Source of the DNA: a virus
Direction: 5' to 3' (one strand)
DNA length: 64,000 nt
IMG/VR virus record: IMGVR_UViG_3300030104_003613
Made by a program: the position numbers and the translations under genes. Below are positions 29,862-39,608 of this stretch, in pieces; position 1 is the stretch's first letter, and each line of letters begins with the position of its first letter. Below the pieces are notes generated by a model, which made no database searches, was not told the origin of the DNA, and worked only from the letters and a program-made list of their open reading frames with translations.

Positions 29862-32507
29862 TTATCCTACAATATTATAGATTGATTTAATGACAATAAA
29901 TTCATTGTTGCCACCATCAATCGGAGAAATTGCTGGCAGTTTCTTTTGACTTGCCATAGAAGCACTTGTTACACCATCATTACCTGTTCGTTGTCCAGCG
30001 TTAGGTCCAAAAATAACATTTGTTTGCGAGGGCGTTGGCAGACCAGGAACAATCAACTGACCTGATGGTGAGATACGCATCGCTGGTTGTGGTTGTGCTC
30101 CAGGAATTGTAACTCCCGTTGGTGAGGACTGTTGCGTTGATGAGAACTCCTGTGGTGTTTGTAGGGGAGTAGTAGTAACACTTCCAGCAACAGGTGGTGT
30201 TCCGAATCCACCACCCTCAAAGATTGCCGATGATACACTAGTTGCCAACTCATTAAATTTAGAGGTTGATGTAAAGTCCTTACCGTACTTCTTCTCCCAG
30301 TCAACCATCACACCAAGTTCAACCAGGGCAGCGTCTGTCGCAGCCGCTCTATTGATGGTCGCATTGCTATCAGTGTCCGAACCAATACTACCCAAATCAG
30401 GATTCGCTTTCTGGAAATTAACCAGAGCTTGTTGAATAGGTGATGCTAAACGTGTGTCTCCGGCATCGCCCGCTCTCGTTCGGGTCATAAATCCAACACT
30501 TCCCTTGGCATCAAAGTGAAGTGGTACGATCTTAATTCCTTTGGAAGCAAAGTTGACCAATGCTTTATCGTAATCTTCATAACTTGAATACTCTTCTGGA
30601 GTCATAATCTTGACTCTCAATCCCATAGCAGTCAACTTCTGACCAATAAGTGCTGCCGCCTTGTCCTGATGCTCTCTTTCTCTACCGTCAGCACCAGTAG
30701 CATTTGAGTTCTTAAATGTGCTACCACCAGGAGTATCTGGTATGGTTCCTGGTTTCTTTGTATGATCCAACGGTAGAATCACATCATAGTCAGCACCACT
30801 GATTTGATTGATTGTTGCCTTTGGTGATGACGGGACTACAGGTGTTGTTGGTTGAAACGATGATGCTGTCGGTGCCTGGAACGATGTTGTTGCCGGTGTC
30901 TGAAGCAAAGGACTTGCTCCGAGGAACGGTTGAGCACCAGGAAGAGGTTGATTTAATTGTTCTTTCATCCTCTGTAAAGACCCCATTGGATCTGTTGGAT
31001 CAAAGACCATTCCACCATCAGAGAATCCCTGTGCATTTATTACTGTTTCACCACCAGTAAATGCTCCCATGATGGGTGGCATACCTAACACACCTGATCC
31101 CCCAATCCTAGGCATACCCATCTTGGGTTTGTTACTACTTCCAGCTGCCGCATTCGCAGCGAGTAAGTTCTCTGCCCCGAACATTTGAACGGCAGGTCTA
31201 CTCATCATAATTTCACCTGGTTCAGCAGCAATCAATTGCGTATCCCTCCCCATTCCAGTTATATTTACACCAGAGTTAGGTTCAATTGGACCACCCTCAG
31301 TATATGAAATGTCTCCTACATTGAGAACCGTACCACCCTGTGTCTGTCCTTGAACAGGTGTTTGTTGTTGTGATGATTGTTGTTGTTGAGATCCACCACC
31401 AGGTTGACCAAATGGATTTTGAATTGGTGGTATCTGTGGTGCTGTTAGTTGAGGTGCTTTGGATGGATCTATATTATTAAACGGATAACCAGGAATATTG
31501 GTCCCAAGTCCAAAAGGTATTGCCGCTATCGCATCATTTAGAGCATTCTCAATTGAATCTAATCCATCATAGACGGCTTGAATGACTGTGTTGATAGGAC
31601 CAAATATAGCATCAAAGACATTAGTTATAATAGTATTCAAAAAAGAAATGATCCCATTGATACCATCAATCAATGGTTGAATTGCTGCGGCAGGATCTTT
31701 GATGAAGTTTAAGATCCACAGCAATGCTCCACCAAGGAGAATGTTCTTGAAGAAATCGACAATGGTATCAAACAAACCTTTGACGGGTTTAGTTACTTTA
31801 TCAGCAACACCTTTTACAGCACTACCTGGTGCTTTCTGTTCTCTCTTATCTTCTCTTTCTTTCTTTCTTACATTTTGAGCAGTGTCCTCTGACTTTTCAC
31901 CTTGTTTCTTCTCAAACTTAAACTGTTTGGTAACAGTCTCTAAAATTGCTTGAAGATTATCCTCAATCTTATTCAAACTTGGAGCAAGAACATTCCTGAT
32001 GAACTGATCTGACTTATCATCTTTCTCTTCTTGTTCTTCCAGGTTTTCAACTATCTCAGGACCTTGAAGATCTCTCATAGGATCTTTAACGAGAGCACCA
32101 GCAGGTTCTACTTCCGCAGTCGTAGTCTCTGCTTTCTCTTGAGCAGTATCAAAGAATGATCCTACATTTATTTTCTTCTTCTTTACCTTAAATCTACCCG
32201 TCGCTGACTTGACTCTCCTGAATTCATTCGTCAGGAGTTCAATCTCTTCGGTTGACATCCCAGTGTCAACCATTCTACCTTCTACCATCTTCTCTTTGAG
32301 AAGAGTCTTATAGGTAGCGTAGTCAATATCGTTTACATTTTCAAGACCAAGCAGAGCAAGAATTCTTTCATCAATCTCGTCATCTACTAATTCTGTTTCT
32401 TGCTTTACCTCTTTAGGAATAACAGCAAGCGCAGAGGATTGTTGGGACTTTCCTTCGCCCCTGATACTGTTAAGTAGATCTTCTAAACCCTCTGGAATTT
32501 CATCCAT
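29862..32507 (-). CDS. Large tail-associated protein with N-acetylmuramoyl-L-alanine amidase-like domain
   Basis: Coiled-coil N-terminus and hydrophobic segment, then VILPLDH..ERE..PLHFDA..LVELG in Amidase_3 motif order. Confidence 0.65.
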   Translation of the reverse strand: MDEIPEGLEDLLNSIRGEGKSQQSSALAVIPKEVKQETELVDDEIDERILALLGLENVNDIDYATYKTLLKEKMVEGRMVDTGMSTEEIELLTNEFRRVKSATGRFKVKKKKINVGSFFDTAQEKAETTTAEVEPAGALVKDPMRDLQGPEIVENLEEQEEKDDKSDQFIRNVLAPSLNKIEDNLQAILETVTKQFKFEKKQGEKSEDTAQNVRKKEREDKREQKAPGSAVKGVADKVTKPVKGLFDTIVDFFKNILLGGALLWILNFIKDPAAAIQPLIDGINGIISFLNTIITNVFDAIFGPINTVIQAVYDGLDSIENALNDAIAAIPFGLGTNIPGYPFNNIDPSKAPQLTAPQIPPIQNPFGQPGGGSQQQQSSQQQTPVQGQTQGGTVLNVGDISYTEGGPIEPNSGVNITGMGRDTQLIAAEPGEIMMSRPAVQMFGAENLLAANAAAGSSNKPKMGMPRIGGSGVLGMPPIMGAFTGGETVINAQGFSDGGMVFDPTDPMGSLQRMKEQLNQPLPGAQPFLGASPLLQTPATTSFQAPTASSFQPTTPVVPSSPKATINQISGADYDVILPLDHTKKPGTIPDTPGGSTFKNSNATGADGREREHQDKAAALIGQKLTAMGLRVKIMTPEEYSSYEDYDKALVNFASKGIKIVPLHFDAKGSVGFMTRTRAGDAGDTRLASPIQQALVNFQKANPDLGSIGSDTDSNATINRAAATDAALVELGVMVDWEKKYGKDFTSTSKFNELATSVSSAIFEGGGFGTPPVAGSVTTTPLQTPQEFSSTQQSSPTGVTIPGAQPQPAMRISPSGQLIVPGLPTPSQTNVIFGPNAGQRTGNDGVTSASMASQKKLPAISPIDGGNNEFIVIKSIYNIVG

Positions 32508-32679
32508 TCGCTCTCGCCTTTGCTTTTTCGTTTTCTTCGTCTAGATGATTCTTTAGCAGTTGAACATAGATGTCTCTTTCCCAAGGCATCATGTTCTCAA
32601 TCTCAGTTAATGAATATTTATGGTACTGCATCAAGGAGAAATTTAGTTTATAATATCCCTCCAGATCCATATGAACCAT
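32500..32679 (-). CDS. gp51: Baseplate hub assembly catalyst gp51
   Basis: Hand translation MVHMDLEGYYKLNFSLMQYHKYSLTEIENMMPWERDIYVQLLKNHLDEENEKAKARANG; below the ORF-track cutoff. Confidence 0.85.
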   Translation of the reverse strand: MVHMDLEGYYKLNFSLMQYHKYSLTEIENMMPWERDIYVQLLKNHLDEENEKAKARANG

Positions 32680-32681
32680 CC

Positions 32682-33401
32682 CTATGCGAAAAAACTGGAC
32701 AATCCCTCCAAGACGACAGTGCTTGATTTCTTGGTCTTGGGATTCTTAACTTTGATTTGATGAGAAAGTTTAGGCATTGTGTTAAAGAACTTCTCAATCT
32801 CTTTGAACTGTGACGAATTCATCTGTTCAAGGAACTCTTCAACCTCTTGCTTGCTAAAGTCCTCTGCCGCCCAGACTTCCTCCTCACTAAAGATTTTATC
32901 GATACAACTTCCGATAATCTCAAACGATTGATCCATCGTACTTTCATTATTAAAATCAAAGTTATTCTTAATGAACTGATCAAGTGATGGATACTTCATC
33001 TCCATCGACAGGTTATCATCAATCTTAATTTGAGTTGAATGCTCCTCATCAAACTTTACTTCAATCTCATCCAGAGCAATCTTAACAGGAACCTCTGTCT
33101 CTCCATCATCAGGACAGATAATATTAACCTCAACTTCTTCTCCAACCGATTTGCCACGAATATTGAGAAATAAGAATTCAATATCAAAAGTAGGAAGGTT
33201 CTCTACTTTTACATTCTTCGTGAGAATACAACCTTTAATAACTTGAGTGATTGCTGTTGTAATCTGTGTTGAATCTTCCGTCTCTAGGGCAAGGACAAGT
33301 AGTTTCTCTTCCTTAACAAGGAAAGGTCTAAACTTAATCTTCTGTTTAGTGGAAGGCAGTTCCAACTCATAAGTTGGAGTAGCAATCTTTGGTAAGGGCA
33401 T
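32682..33401 (-). CDS. gp26: Baseplate hub subunit gp26
   Basis: MPLPKI.TPTYEL.LPS..FRPFLVKEEK..FDIEFLFL.IR.KSVGE..LEGLSSFF. Confidence 0.9.
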   Translation of the reverse strand: MPLPKIATPTYELELPSTKQKIKFRPFLVKEEKLLVLALETEDSTQITTAITQVIKGCILTKNVKVENLPTFDIEFLFLNIRGKSVGEEVEVNIICPDDGETEVPVKIALDEIEVKFDEEHSTQIKIDDNLSMEMKYPSLDQFIKNNFDFNNESTMDQSFEIIGSCIDKIFSEEEVWAAEDFSKQEVEEFLEQMNSSQFKEIEKFFNTMPKLSHQIKVKNPKTKKSSTVVLEGLSSFFA

Positions 33402-33434
33402 AACAACCTATAAAAACTTCAGTCACTGTATTTA

Positions 33435-34295
33435 TTAGGCGAATCCAGACAATGCTCCTGAATTATCATTAGCACCAGTTCCAAGATCTACGTTCCTATT
33501 AAGAAAGAAATCTCCAAAACGATCTGCTGTATCCCTTGCGAATGGATTACGATTGACCTCTTCTTCTAACTCGGCAGCGATCCTATTATTATCCTGCCTC
33601 AAATAGTCAGCAGGATTAGATGATTTAGCATTTGAATTGTAAGTGTACCTGTCAGTTCTAGACTGACTTCTTTGTCCAACGAGATTGCGTTTTACATATC
33701 TAGTGTAGAAGAAACTGACCGTCACTTTAAGTATGTCTGCTTGGCCATAAGTGACAGGAATGGCGTTGATACTTTGAGGGAAAGAATCAATGAAACAATA
33801 TTCTATTGCTTGATCTTGAATATCTTTTTCAAACTTTGTGACATACATCGGAGACATATATCCAGTAGAACCCTTGGGATAATTTGCTCTGTGAACTTGA
33901 TTGGAGTTGTAATATTGACTTTTATTATATAAAGATCCTTGTCCTACAATGTAGTTCTGCCATTCATCAAAGTATGAAATAATATTATACTTCTTATCAA
34001 CATAAAATTCTAATGACAAACTCTCATCATGCTGTCTTGAATAAGCATATCTTGTTCTGACGCCGTAAAAGTCTTGAACATTTTCATGAGTTGCTAACGC
34101 AGAACCTGGAAGGGACGCTGAAAAGCATAACAACTCAATCTGTTCATTATATCTAATGCCTGTTTGGGTAGCAACAAATGCCAACACAGACGGTGGTGCC
34201 TGTACCTTGACCTGATATACGTTTGTCCTTGCCAGATGACCGATCTTCGCTACTAGGTCAGAGGTCTTCTGAACATTGGGTCTTGTACCAGCCAT
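33435..34295 (-). CDS. Tail tube initiator / tube-like protein (gp54-like)
   Basis: LARTN.YQV, LC.SASLPG, FYVD..FDEWQ and FP.SI..I..TY..VTVSF.Y motifs. Confidence 0.65.
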   Translation of the reverse strand: MAGTRPNVQKTSDLVAKIGHLARTNVYQVKVQAPPSVLAFVATQTGIRYNEQIELLCFSASLPGSALATHENVQDFYGVRTRYAYSRQHDESLSLEFYVDKKYNIISYFDEWQNYIVGQGSLYNKSQYYNSNQVHRANYPKGSTGYMSPMYVTKFEKDIQDQAIEYCFIDSFPQSINAIPVTYGQADILKVTVSFFYTRYVKRNLVGQRSQSRTDRYTYNSNAKSSNPADYLRQDNNRIAAELEEEVNRNPFARDTADRFGDFFLNRNVDLGTGANDNSGALSGFA

Positions 34296-34296
34296 C

Positions 34297-34304
34297 TATA
34301 AATA
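34297..34304 (+). promoter_or_regulatory. T4-type late promoter TATAAATA
   Basis: Exact consensus 22 nt upstream of gp4. Confidence 0.75.
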
Positions 34305-34326
34305 GGCGTGATTAGTTATACTATAT

Positions 34327-34830
34327 ATGGGCGAAAGTATAAAGTCTATTTACAAACCGTCCAACCCTGAAAAATATCAAGGCAATGCCTCTAATATCAT
34401 CTGTAGAAGTTCTTGGGAAAGACGTTTCTGCGCCTGGTGTGATAATAATCCTAACATATTAAAGTGGGCATCAGAAGAGTTTAGCATACCATATGTTTCT
34501 CCCAAAGATAATAGAGTTCATCGTTACTATCCAGACTATTTGATTGAAGTGAGAGAGACTGGTGGTAAAATTAAAAAGTATATAGTGGAAGTGAAACCAA
34601 AAAAACAGACACAACCACCAAAGAAAGGTGATCGTGTTACCAAGTCATATGTTTATGAGTCTGTCACCTATGCTGTCAACCAAGCAAAGTGGGAGGCCGC
34701 TAAAGATTTTGCCCTTGATAATGGTGTGGAGTTTAAAATTATCACCGAAGACGAACTAGGTATCAAACCTTATGGAACAAGAGGATTATCTGGTAAGCGA
34801 TACAAATCGAGTAGAAAATCTAGTAGATGA
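34327..34830 (+). CDS. gp4: Head completion nuclease gp4
   Basis: NPEKY.G..I.CRSSWE..W.SEE..IPY..HRYYPD..EVKP..VNQAKW.AA..F.IITE. Confidence 0.9.
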   Translation: MGESIKSIYKPSNPEKYQGNASNIICRSSWERRFCAWCDNNPNILKWASEEFSIPYVSPKDNRVHRYYPDYLIEVRETGGKIKKYIVEVKPKKQTQPPKKGDRVTKSYVYESVTYAVNQAKWEAAKDFALDNGVEFKIITEDELGIKPYGTRGLSGKRYKSSRKSSR

Positions 34831-35149
34831 TATCATCGCAAAAGGACAACCTGATGATATGTTCCTGGAGTTGATGAGTATCTTAGAGACCACAGAACTC
34901 TTACCACAAGTTGGAAGATACTACACCTTCATTTACCAACCCAAGACACCTGAATTAAGATATGATCAGTTCCCTTTGATTGCTTGTATCGGTGTTTACC
35001 CATGGGGGTTCAAAGGAATCAACTATCATTGGGGTGATTATAGGAACTATACTTGGGATGAAGTTGGTAACAATGATTTACATCTTGTATATCCCATGGA
35101 ATTAGAAGACATGAGATCAATTCCATATCAACAATTCAATTATACCTGA
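34772..35149 (+). CDS. gp2-like DNA end protector fragment / conserved protein
   Basis: GRYYTFIY.PKT..YDQFPL..GF.GINYH. Confidence 0.6.
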   Translation: MEQEDYLVSDTNRVENLVDDIIAKGQPDDMFLELMSILETTELLPQVGRYYTFIYQPKTPELRYDQFPLIACIGVYPWGFKGINYHWGDYRNYTWDEVGNNDLHLVYPMELEDMRSIPYQQFNYT

Positions 35150-35170
35150 TAAATAAAAGTAAAAGTTTTC

Positions 35171-36625
35171 ATGGCACGTTCCAGCACAGAAAGATATCTG
35201 GATACTGACTTCCCTAATCTCTCTACAAAGGAGAATGATGGCAGAAAGGGAAATGGAAACGTGCGTGTAAAGTCAGATAAAGAAACTGGAAATTACGAAG
35301 TAAAACAGAAAACTGATGCTGGTGAGACTACCATCTACACATATGATGCGCCAACCAATAAGTTTAATATATCAGATTCATCTTTATATTCCAAGTTCTT
35401 CACGGGACAAGAAGGCAATGATCAAAAAGTAAGACTAGATACTCAAGTCAAAGGAGCAACAGTAGACGCAGCACTAAAAGATATACCAAATAGTGCCCTT
35501 GGTGGAACTGATGAGTTAGAGATTTCTTTTGATAAAATGTTAGATCAAGATGGTTATCTTGGTTTCAGCAATACCCTAGACCTTGGGTTTGGTTTCTCGC
35601 CAGAGGATTTTGAATCTACTTTTGGTTCTGAACCAGGAGATTGGACAAAAAACATAGATCCAAACTTCCTTTCATTTGATACTAGTATTAATCTTTTTGA
35701 TGATCTAGACATTAAATCTTCTTTCAGTGGATCAGATCCCAATAAAACAGCAAGAGCGATATCTTTCCAAACAGGAAAAACATTTGTTTACCCTGAAACA
35801 ATGCCCGACATTGGGTATGACTTTATTAAATTTACTTCCTATAAGTATGTGCCAGCAGGTCTACAAGTTATAGGAAAGTCAAGTGCTGCTGAAAGAATAT
35901 TTAAAGATAAGATTACAGAGATCATGTTGCCCATGCTGCCCAACATAAGTGAGTCGAATAGTGTTGATTGGGGTGGTGATAAAGCAAATGCTCTTCAATT
36001 GATGCTTGGAAATAGAGCGATGCAGGCGATTGAAAGTATTGGAAATTTGAGTGTGGAACAATTTATGCAGGCTATTGGAGGAACAATTGAAGACTTCAAG
36101 AATCTTGCTAAAGATCCAAGCGTAGGTCCAGCAATCGCTGCTTACTTCGCTGGTCAAGCAGTTGGTGCTAACGTCTTCACCAGAGCAACTGGCACTGTCT
36201 TGAATCCAAACCTTGAACTCCTGTTCAATGGTCCTACATTAAGAACATTCAACTTTAACTTCCGTCTCACACCAAGAACCAGAACTGAATCTGTTGTTGT
36301 TAAAAACATTATCAAATCTTTCAAGAGAAATATGGCAGCACAGAGATCAGAGAGTGATCTCTTCTTGCTAACTCCCAACGTCTATAAGATTGAATACATC
36401 TATGGTGGTCTGACTCCACCAAGTATACCAGGACCACACCCATATATGAATAAGATTAAACCATGTGCGTTAAGAAACTTCAATGTTAACTATGGTCCTG
36501 ATGGTGCTTACATGACGTACCCTGATGGTTCAATGACTTGTTATGAGATTCAATTACAGTTCGGTGAACTGGAACCAATCTATGCTGATGAAATCAAACA
36601 AGAAGACGACAACATGAGTTACTAA
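35171..36625 (+). CDS. gp48: Baseplate tail-tube cap gp48
   Basis: NPNLELLF.GP.LR.F.F.F...PR..E..I...FK..C.L....VNY.PDG..L.F.ELEP. Confidence 0.85.
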   Translation: MARSSTERYLDTDFPNLSTKENDGRKGNGNVRVKSDKETGNYEVKQKTDAGETTIYTYDAPTNKFNISDSSLYSKFFTGQEGNDQKVRLDTQVKGATVDAALKDIPNSALGGTDELEISFDKMLDQDGYLGFSNTLDLGFGFSPEDFESTFGSEPGDWTKNIDPNFLSFDTSINLFDDLDIKSSFSGSDPNKTARAISFQTGKTFVYPETMPDIGYDFIKFTSYKYVPAGLQVIGKSSAAERIFKDKITEIMLPMLPNISESNSVDWGGDKANALQLMLGNRAMQAIESIGNLSVEQFMQAIGGTIEDFKNLAKDPSVGPAIAAYFAGQAVGANVFTRATGTVLNPNLELLFNGPTLRTFNFNFRLTPRTRTESVVVKNIIKSFKRNMAAQRSESDLFLLTPNVYKIEYIYGGLTPPSIPGPHPYMNKIKPCALRNFNVNYGPDGAYMTYPDGSMTCYEIQLQFGELEPIYADEIKQEDDNMSY

Positions 36626-36626
36626 A

Positions 36627-37289
36627 ATGGCAACACCTTTCTTCCAATACGTTCCAGAATTTGAATATGTTAGCAGACTTCCAGGTGCTTCTCTGGGAGA
36701 TTACATCACTGTTAAAAATATATTCAGAAGGTCAAAAATTAATCCAGACATCTTTAATGATCTGACTAACTTTACCAAGTATAAAATCATTGGTGATGAG
36801 AGACCAGATCAGGTTGCTTTTAAGATTTATGGTAGTCAATATTATGATTGGGTTGTTATGTTATCAAATAATATTATGAATCCCATTGTAGAATGGCCGA
36901 TGTCCCAGCAGGCATTCTCCAACTACATGATACAGAAGTATGGTAGTGAGGGCAACTTCAATGCTGTACATCATTACGAGACTAAACAGTTAAAAGATAC
37001 TGCCGGTAGAACAATGCTGCCAGCAGGACTAACAGTTCCATCTGACTTTACTTTCCAATACTTTGACACAGGAACAGTTGTTGCCAAGAAAGATATTTTA
37101 ACATCGATTTCAAATTATGAATATGAAGAAGATATTCAAAGACAGAAGAGAAATATATTCTTACTACAACCTCGTTTCCTCAATATTGCTATTGAAAATA
37201 TTACAGACATCATGAAGTACAGGAAGGGAAGCACTCAATATGTCAATGATAGATTGGTAAAAGGAGATAACATTAGAATCTATCAATAA
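36627..37289 (+). CDS. gp53: Baseplate wedge subunit gp53
   Basis: Y.I.GDERPDQVA..YG...YDWVV.L.NNI..P..EWP..HHYET. Confidence 0.9.
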   Translation: MATPFFQYVPEFEYVSRLPGASLGDYITVKNIFRRSKINPDIFNDLTNFTKYKIIGDERPDQVAFKIYGSQYYDWVVMLSNNIMNPIVEWPMSQQAFSNYMIQKYGSEGNFNAVHHYETKQLKDTAGRTMLPAGLTVPSDFTFQYFDTGTVVAKKDILTSISNYEYEEDIQRQKRNIFLLQPRFLNIAIENITDIMKYRKGSTQYVNDRLVKGDNIRIYQ

Positions 37290-37313
37290 AAAAGAGGGTG
37301 TTTCCACCCTCTT
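37287..37313. terminator. Terminator between convergent gp53 and gp32
   Basis: AAGAGGGTG-TTTC-CACCCTCTT hairpin with an A-run on the left (T-tract on the minus strand). Confidence 0.7.
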
Positions 37314-37319
37314 GATAAT

Positions 37320-38270
37320 TCAACTGTCAGCGAGTTTCGCAAAGTAACTCATCGGATCGTCATCATCGTCTGTTTTACCAGGTGTGATATCAGGAGAGTT
37401 GAAATCAGCAGTTGTTTTTGAAGCCTGATAGGAGTCTTCAAGTTTACGCATGACTTCTTCTTCACTAACTTTCCGTTGCTCGGTGGCAGCGTAGTTATCA
37501 TACTCAGTCTCCTCTTGTTGAATGCGGTTGGACTTGTTGCCCAGTACATAATCAAGACGCTTCTTCAGATCATCATAGGACTTGAATTGATCTGCGGCGG
37601 TGAAGGCAGCAAGTGAATACTGCTTCTTCCAGATACCTTCAAGGGCATCATCGTCGTCCAGCAGAGGAGAAGGACGGTCGAACTCAGACTTATCATAGTT
37701 CCAGTAACCATCTTTCTTCTGGAGTTTCAGTTTGAAGTTAGCACCCTGCCAGAAATCGAAGGGATTGATAGGAGTTTCATCTTCAAACTCGGGTTGCATG
37801 ACATCCATGACCTTATCGAAGATCTTCTTACCGAACTTGTAGAGGAATACTCCACCCTCGTTTTGAGGATTGGCAGGATCTTTGACAACATAGATGTTGG
37901 CATAGAAAGACAGTTTGCGCTTTTGCTTACGCACAGTATCTTTATCGGCATCATTGCCGCTGTTCCAGAGTTCACGGTTCAGTTCACCGATTGGGTCCTT
38001 GCCACCGATAGTGGTCAGGGAGTTCTCGATATACCACCCACCAGGTCCCTGGAAGGCGTGAGAGAACAGTTTAACCCAAGGGAGGTCTTCACCATCAGGG
38101 GCAGGCAGGAAGCGGATCACAGCGTATCCATTGCCAGACTTATCCATCTCTGGTTTCCAGAGTCGGTCGTCAGAATTGCCGCCTGTGTTATTCATCTTCT
38201 CGACTTCTTTGACCAGTTTGCTGGTCAGAGAGCCCAAAGAGCTTTGTTTCTTGAGGTCTTTAAAAGACAT
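37320..38270 (-). CDS. gp32: Single-stranded DNA-binding protein gp32
   Basis: MSFKDLKK..DDRLWKP..GNGYAVIRFLPA..WYIENSLTT..GANFKLK..NYDKSEF and acidic tail; start placed at ATG 38270 behind GGAG. Confidence 0.95.
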   Translation of the reverse strand: MSFKDLKKQSSLGSLTSKLVKEVEKMNNTGGNSDDRLWKPEMDKSGNGYAVIRFLPAPDGEDLPWVKLFSHAFQGPGGWYIENSLTTIGGKDPIGELNRELWNSGNDADKDTVRKQKRKLSFYANIYVVKDPANPQNEGGVFLYKFGKKIFDKVMDVMQPEFEDETPINPFDFWQGANFKLKLQKKDGYWNYDKSEFDRPSPLLDDDDALEGIWKKQYSLAAFTAADQFKSYDDLKKRLDYVLGNKSNRIQQEETEYDNYAATEQRKVSEEEVMRKLEDSYQASKTTADFNSPDITPGKTDDDDDPMSYFAKLADS

Positions 38271-38348
38271 TTGGTATACTCCGTATTGGTTGTATTTGGC
38301 TTGTGTCCCGTTGCTTTCATGAGGATTGGGTAGCCTCTTAAACCAAGA

Positions 38349-38377
38349 ACTGTAGGTTCTTTTCAAAGGTTTGTCAA
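38349..38377 (-). promoter_or_regulatory. Sigma70-type promoter for gp32
   Basis: TTGACA-17nt-TACAGT. Confidence 0.6.
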
Positions 38378-38709
38378 GTAGACTCATTTATATGTTTTTT
38401 CATGTTTTCAATTATGTTTGACATATTAGAAAACACATAACCAAGATCCACATCAGGGGGGAATCCCAGTTGTCTGGCAGAGGCAATAATATTATCCCTC
38501 ATCGCTTTTGCTTCAGGATCATCTGACAGGCTCAACCTAGTATAAAGGACTTTTTGCTTAGATAGCAACTCTTCCATTAGTTCAACGTGTTCTAGTTTAT
38601 CAGCATTGTCCATAGAGGAGAATGAAAATACTGTCTCATAGATCTTGTCCTGAAGATCAGAGATGTCTTTCATTTCCTGTTGAACAAAGTCGGACTTAAA
38701 GAAACTCAT
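38374..38709 (-). CDS. DUF1825-like protein
   Basis: MSFFKS..VQQE..Q...Y.RL.LSDDPEA. Confidence 0.7.
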   Translation of the reverse strand: MSFFKSDFVQQEMKDISDLQDKIYETVFSFSSMDNADKLEHVELMEELLSKQKVLYTRLSLSDDPEAKAMRDNIIASARQLGFPPDVDLGYVFSNMSNIIENMKKHINEST

Positions 38710-39317
38710 ACCCCCTCGTAAATAATCTCCTTCAAGATTTTCTTATACTTAAACACATCTATATGTATAAAGGTATCGTACTTGCTAATTCGCATAGAAA
38801 GAAACCTCCATACAGGGTCGTCTAACCTTTTATCAAAGTCAGATTTGAAGCCGATAATCTTATTCAAGATTACCATTGTCTCAAGAGACAAACTCTTATT
38901 GAGATGTTCCTTGATCACGGAGGGGTGCCTGGTCCCCTCAATCTTAAACATAGCATCGAATCCCTGACCTGTAAAGACCTCCTCGACTTCTGTCTTAAAA
39001 GTATAGGTCAGTGACTGTAGACGACGCTTCCAGTCGATATAGTTTTGTTCTCCATTTCGGACGATCTCTCCAATCCAAAGAGACTGTGGATCGTCACAAG
39101 AAACAAAGTTACTGACAAAAAACTCTACCACTTCCGAATCATCTTTCTGCCTGCTCAGTTTTTCAAAAAAGAATCTGTCTTTACGTTTGTAAAAACTTTG
39201 AATTGAAGCACGGGACTTACCACAGTATCTGTGGTAATCATACTTGTCTTTAGTAAAATGGTTTTTAAGTCCAAGATAGGACTTGTAGGCATCAAAAGGC
39301 GTCACCTTTGGTATCAT
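38706..39317 (-). CDS. gp59: Helicase loader gp59
   Basis: Y..YL.LKNHFT...YDY..Y.GK......F.KRKDR.FF.KL. Confidence 0.85.
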   Translation of the reverse strand: MIPKVTPFDAYKSYLGLKNHFTKDKYDYHRYCGKSRASIQSFYKRKDRFFFEKLSRQKDDSEVVEFFVSNFVSCDDPQSLWIGEIVRNGEQNYIDWKRRLQSLTYTFKTEVEEVFTGQGFDAMFKIEGTRHPSVIKEHLNKSLSLETMVILNKIIGFKSDFDKRLDDPVWRFLSMRISKYDTFIHIDVFKYKKILKEIIYEGV

Positions 39318-39335
39318 TCTCTAGAGGTCGTCTGC

Positions 39336-39608
39336 TCACAAAGGTAGTTTAGCATGAGATGTTCGCTTAAGCAAGTTAAGTTCCATCGCTTCACATTTAA
39401 TTTTCTCCTTGAGTGGTTTAGAAATCAACTTTGGAATTGATTCTACATCAAGGTTATTCTTCTCACAGAAGTGAACGATAGCATCGATATACTTCATGCC
39501 TTTGTTGTCATGAGCGATTGCTTCAATCTCTTCAGCGAATCTACGAGAGCAATAAAACTTTGTCTCCAACAGATTAGTGATTGTTTCTTCTTCAGGACTC
39601 TTTGCCAT
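39336..39608 (-). CDS. gp33: Late-promoter transcription coactivator gp33
   Basis: F..EIE..YIDAIVHFCE.N..DVES..KLISKPLKEK...EA..LN; start set at MAKSPEE. Confidence 0.85.
   Translation of the reverse strand: MAKSPEEETITNLLETKFYCSRRFAEEIEAIAHDNKGMKYIDAIVHFCEKNNLDVESIPKLISKPLKEKIKCEAMELNLLKRTSHAKLPL

Noticed and set aside
401-34000. Many plus-strand and alternate-frame ORFs in the structural region (e.g. 6955-7308, 8281-8775, 11728-12144)
   Set aside because: They are shadows of long Gly/Thr/Val-rich minus-strand genes, with no RBS or recognisable motifs.
37794-38333. 179-aa plus-strand ORF
   Set aside because: Antisense shadow of gp32, explained by its biased codon usage.
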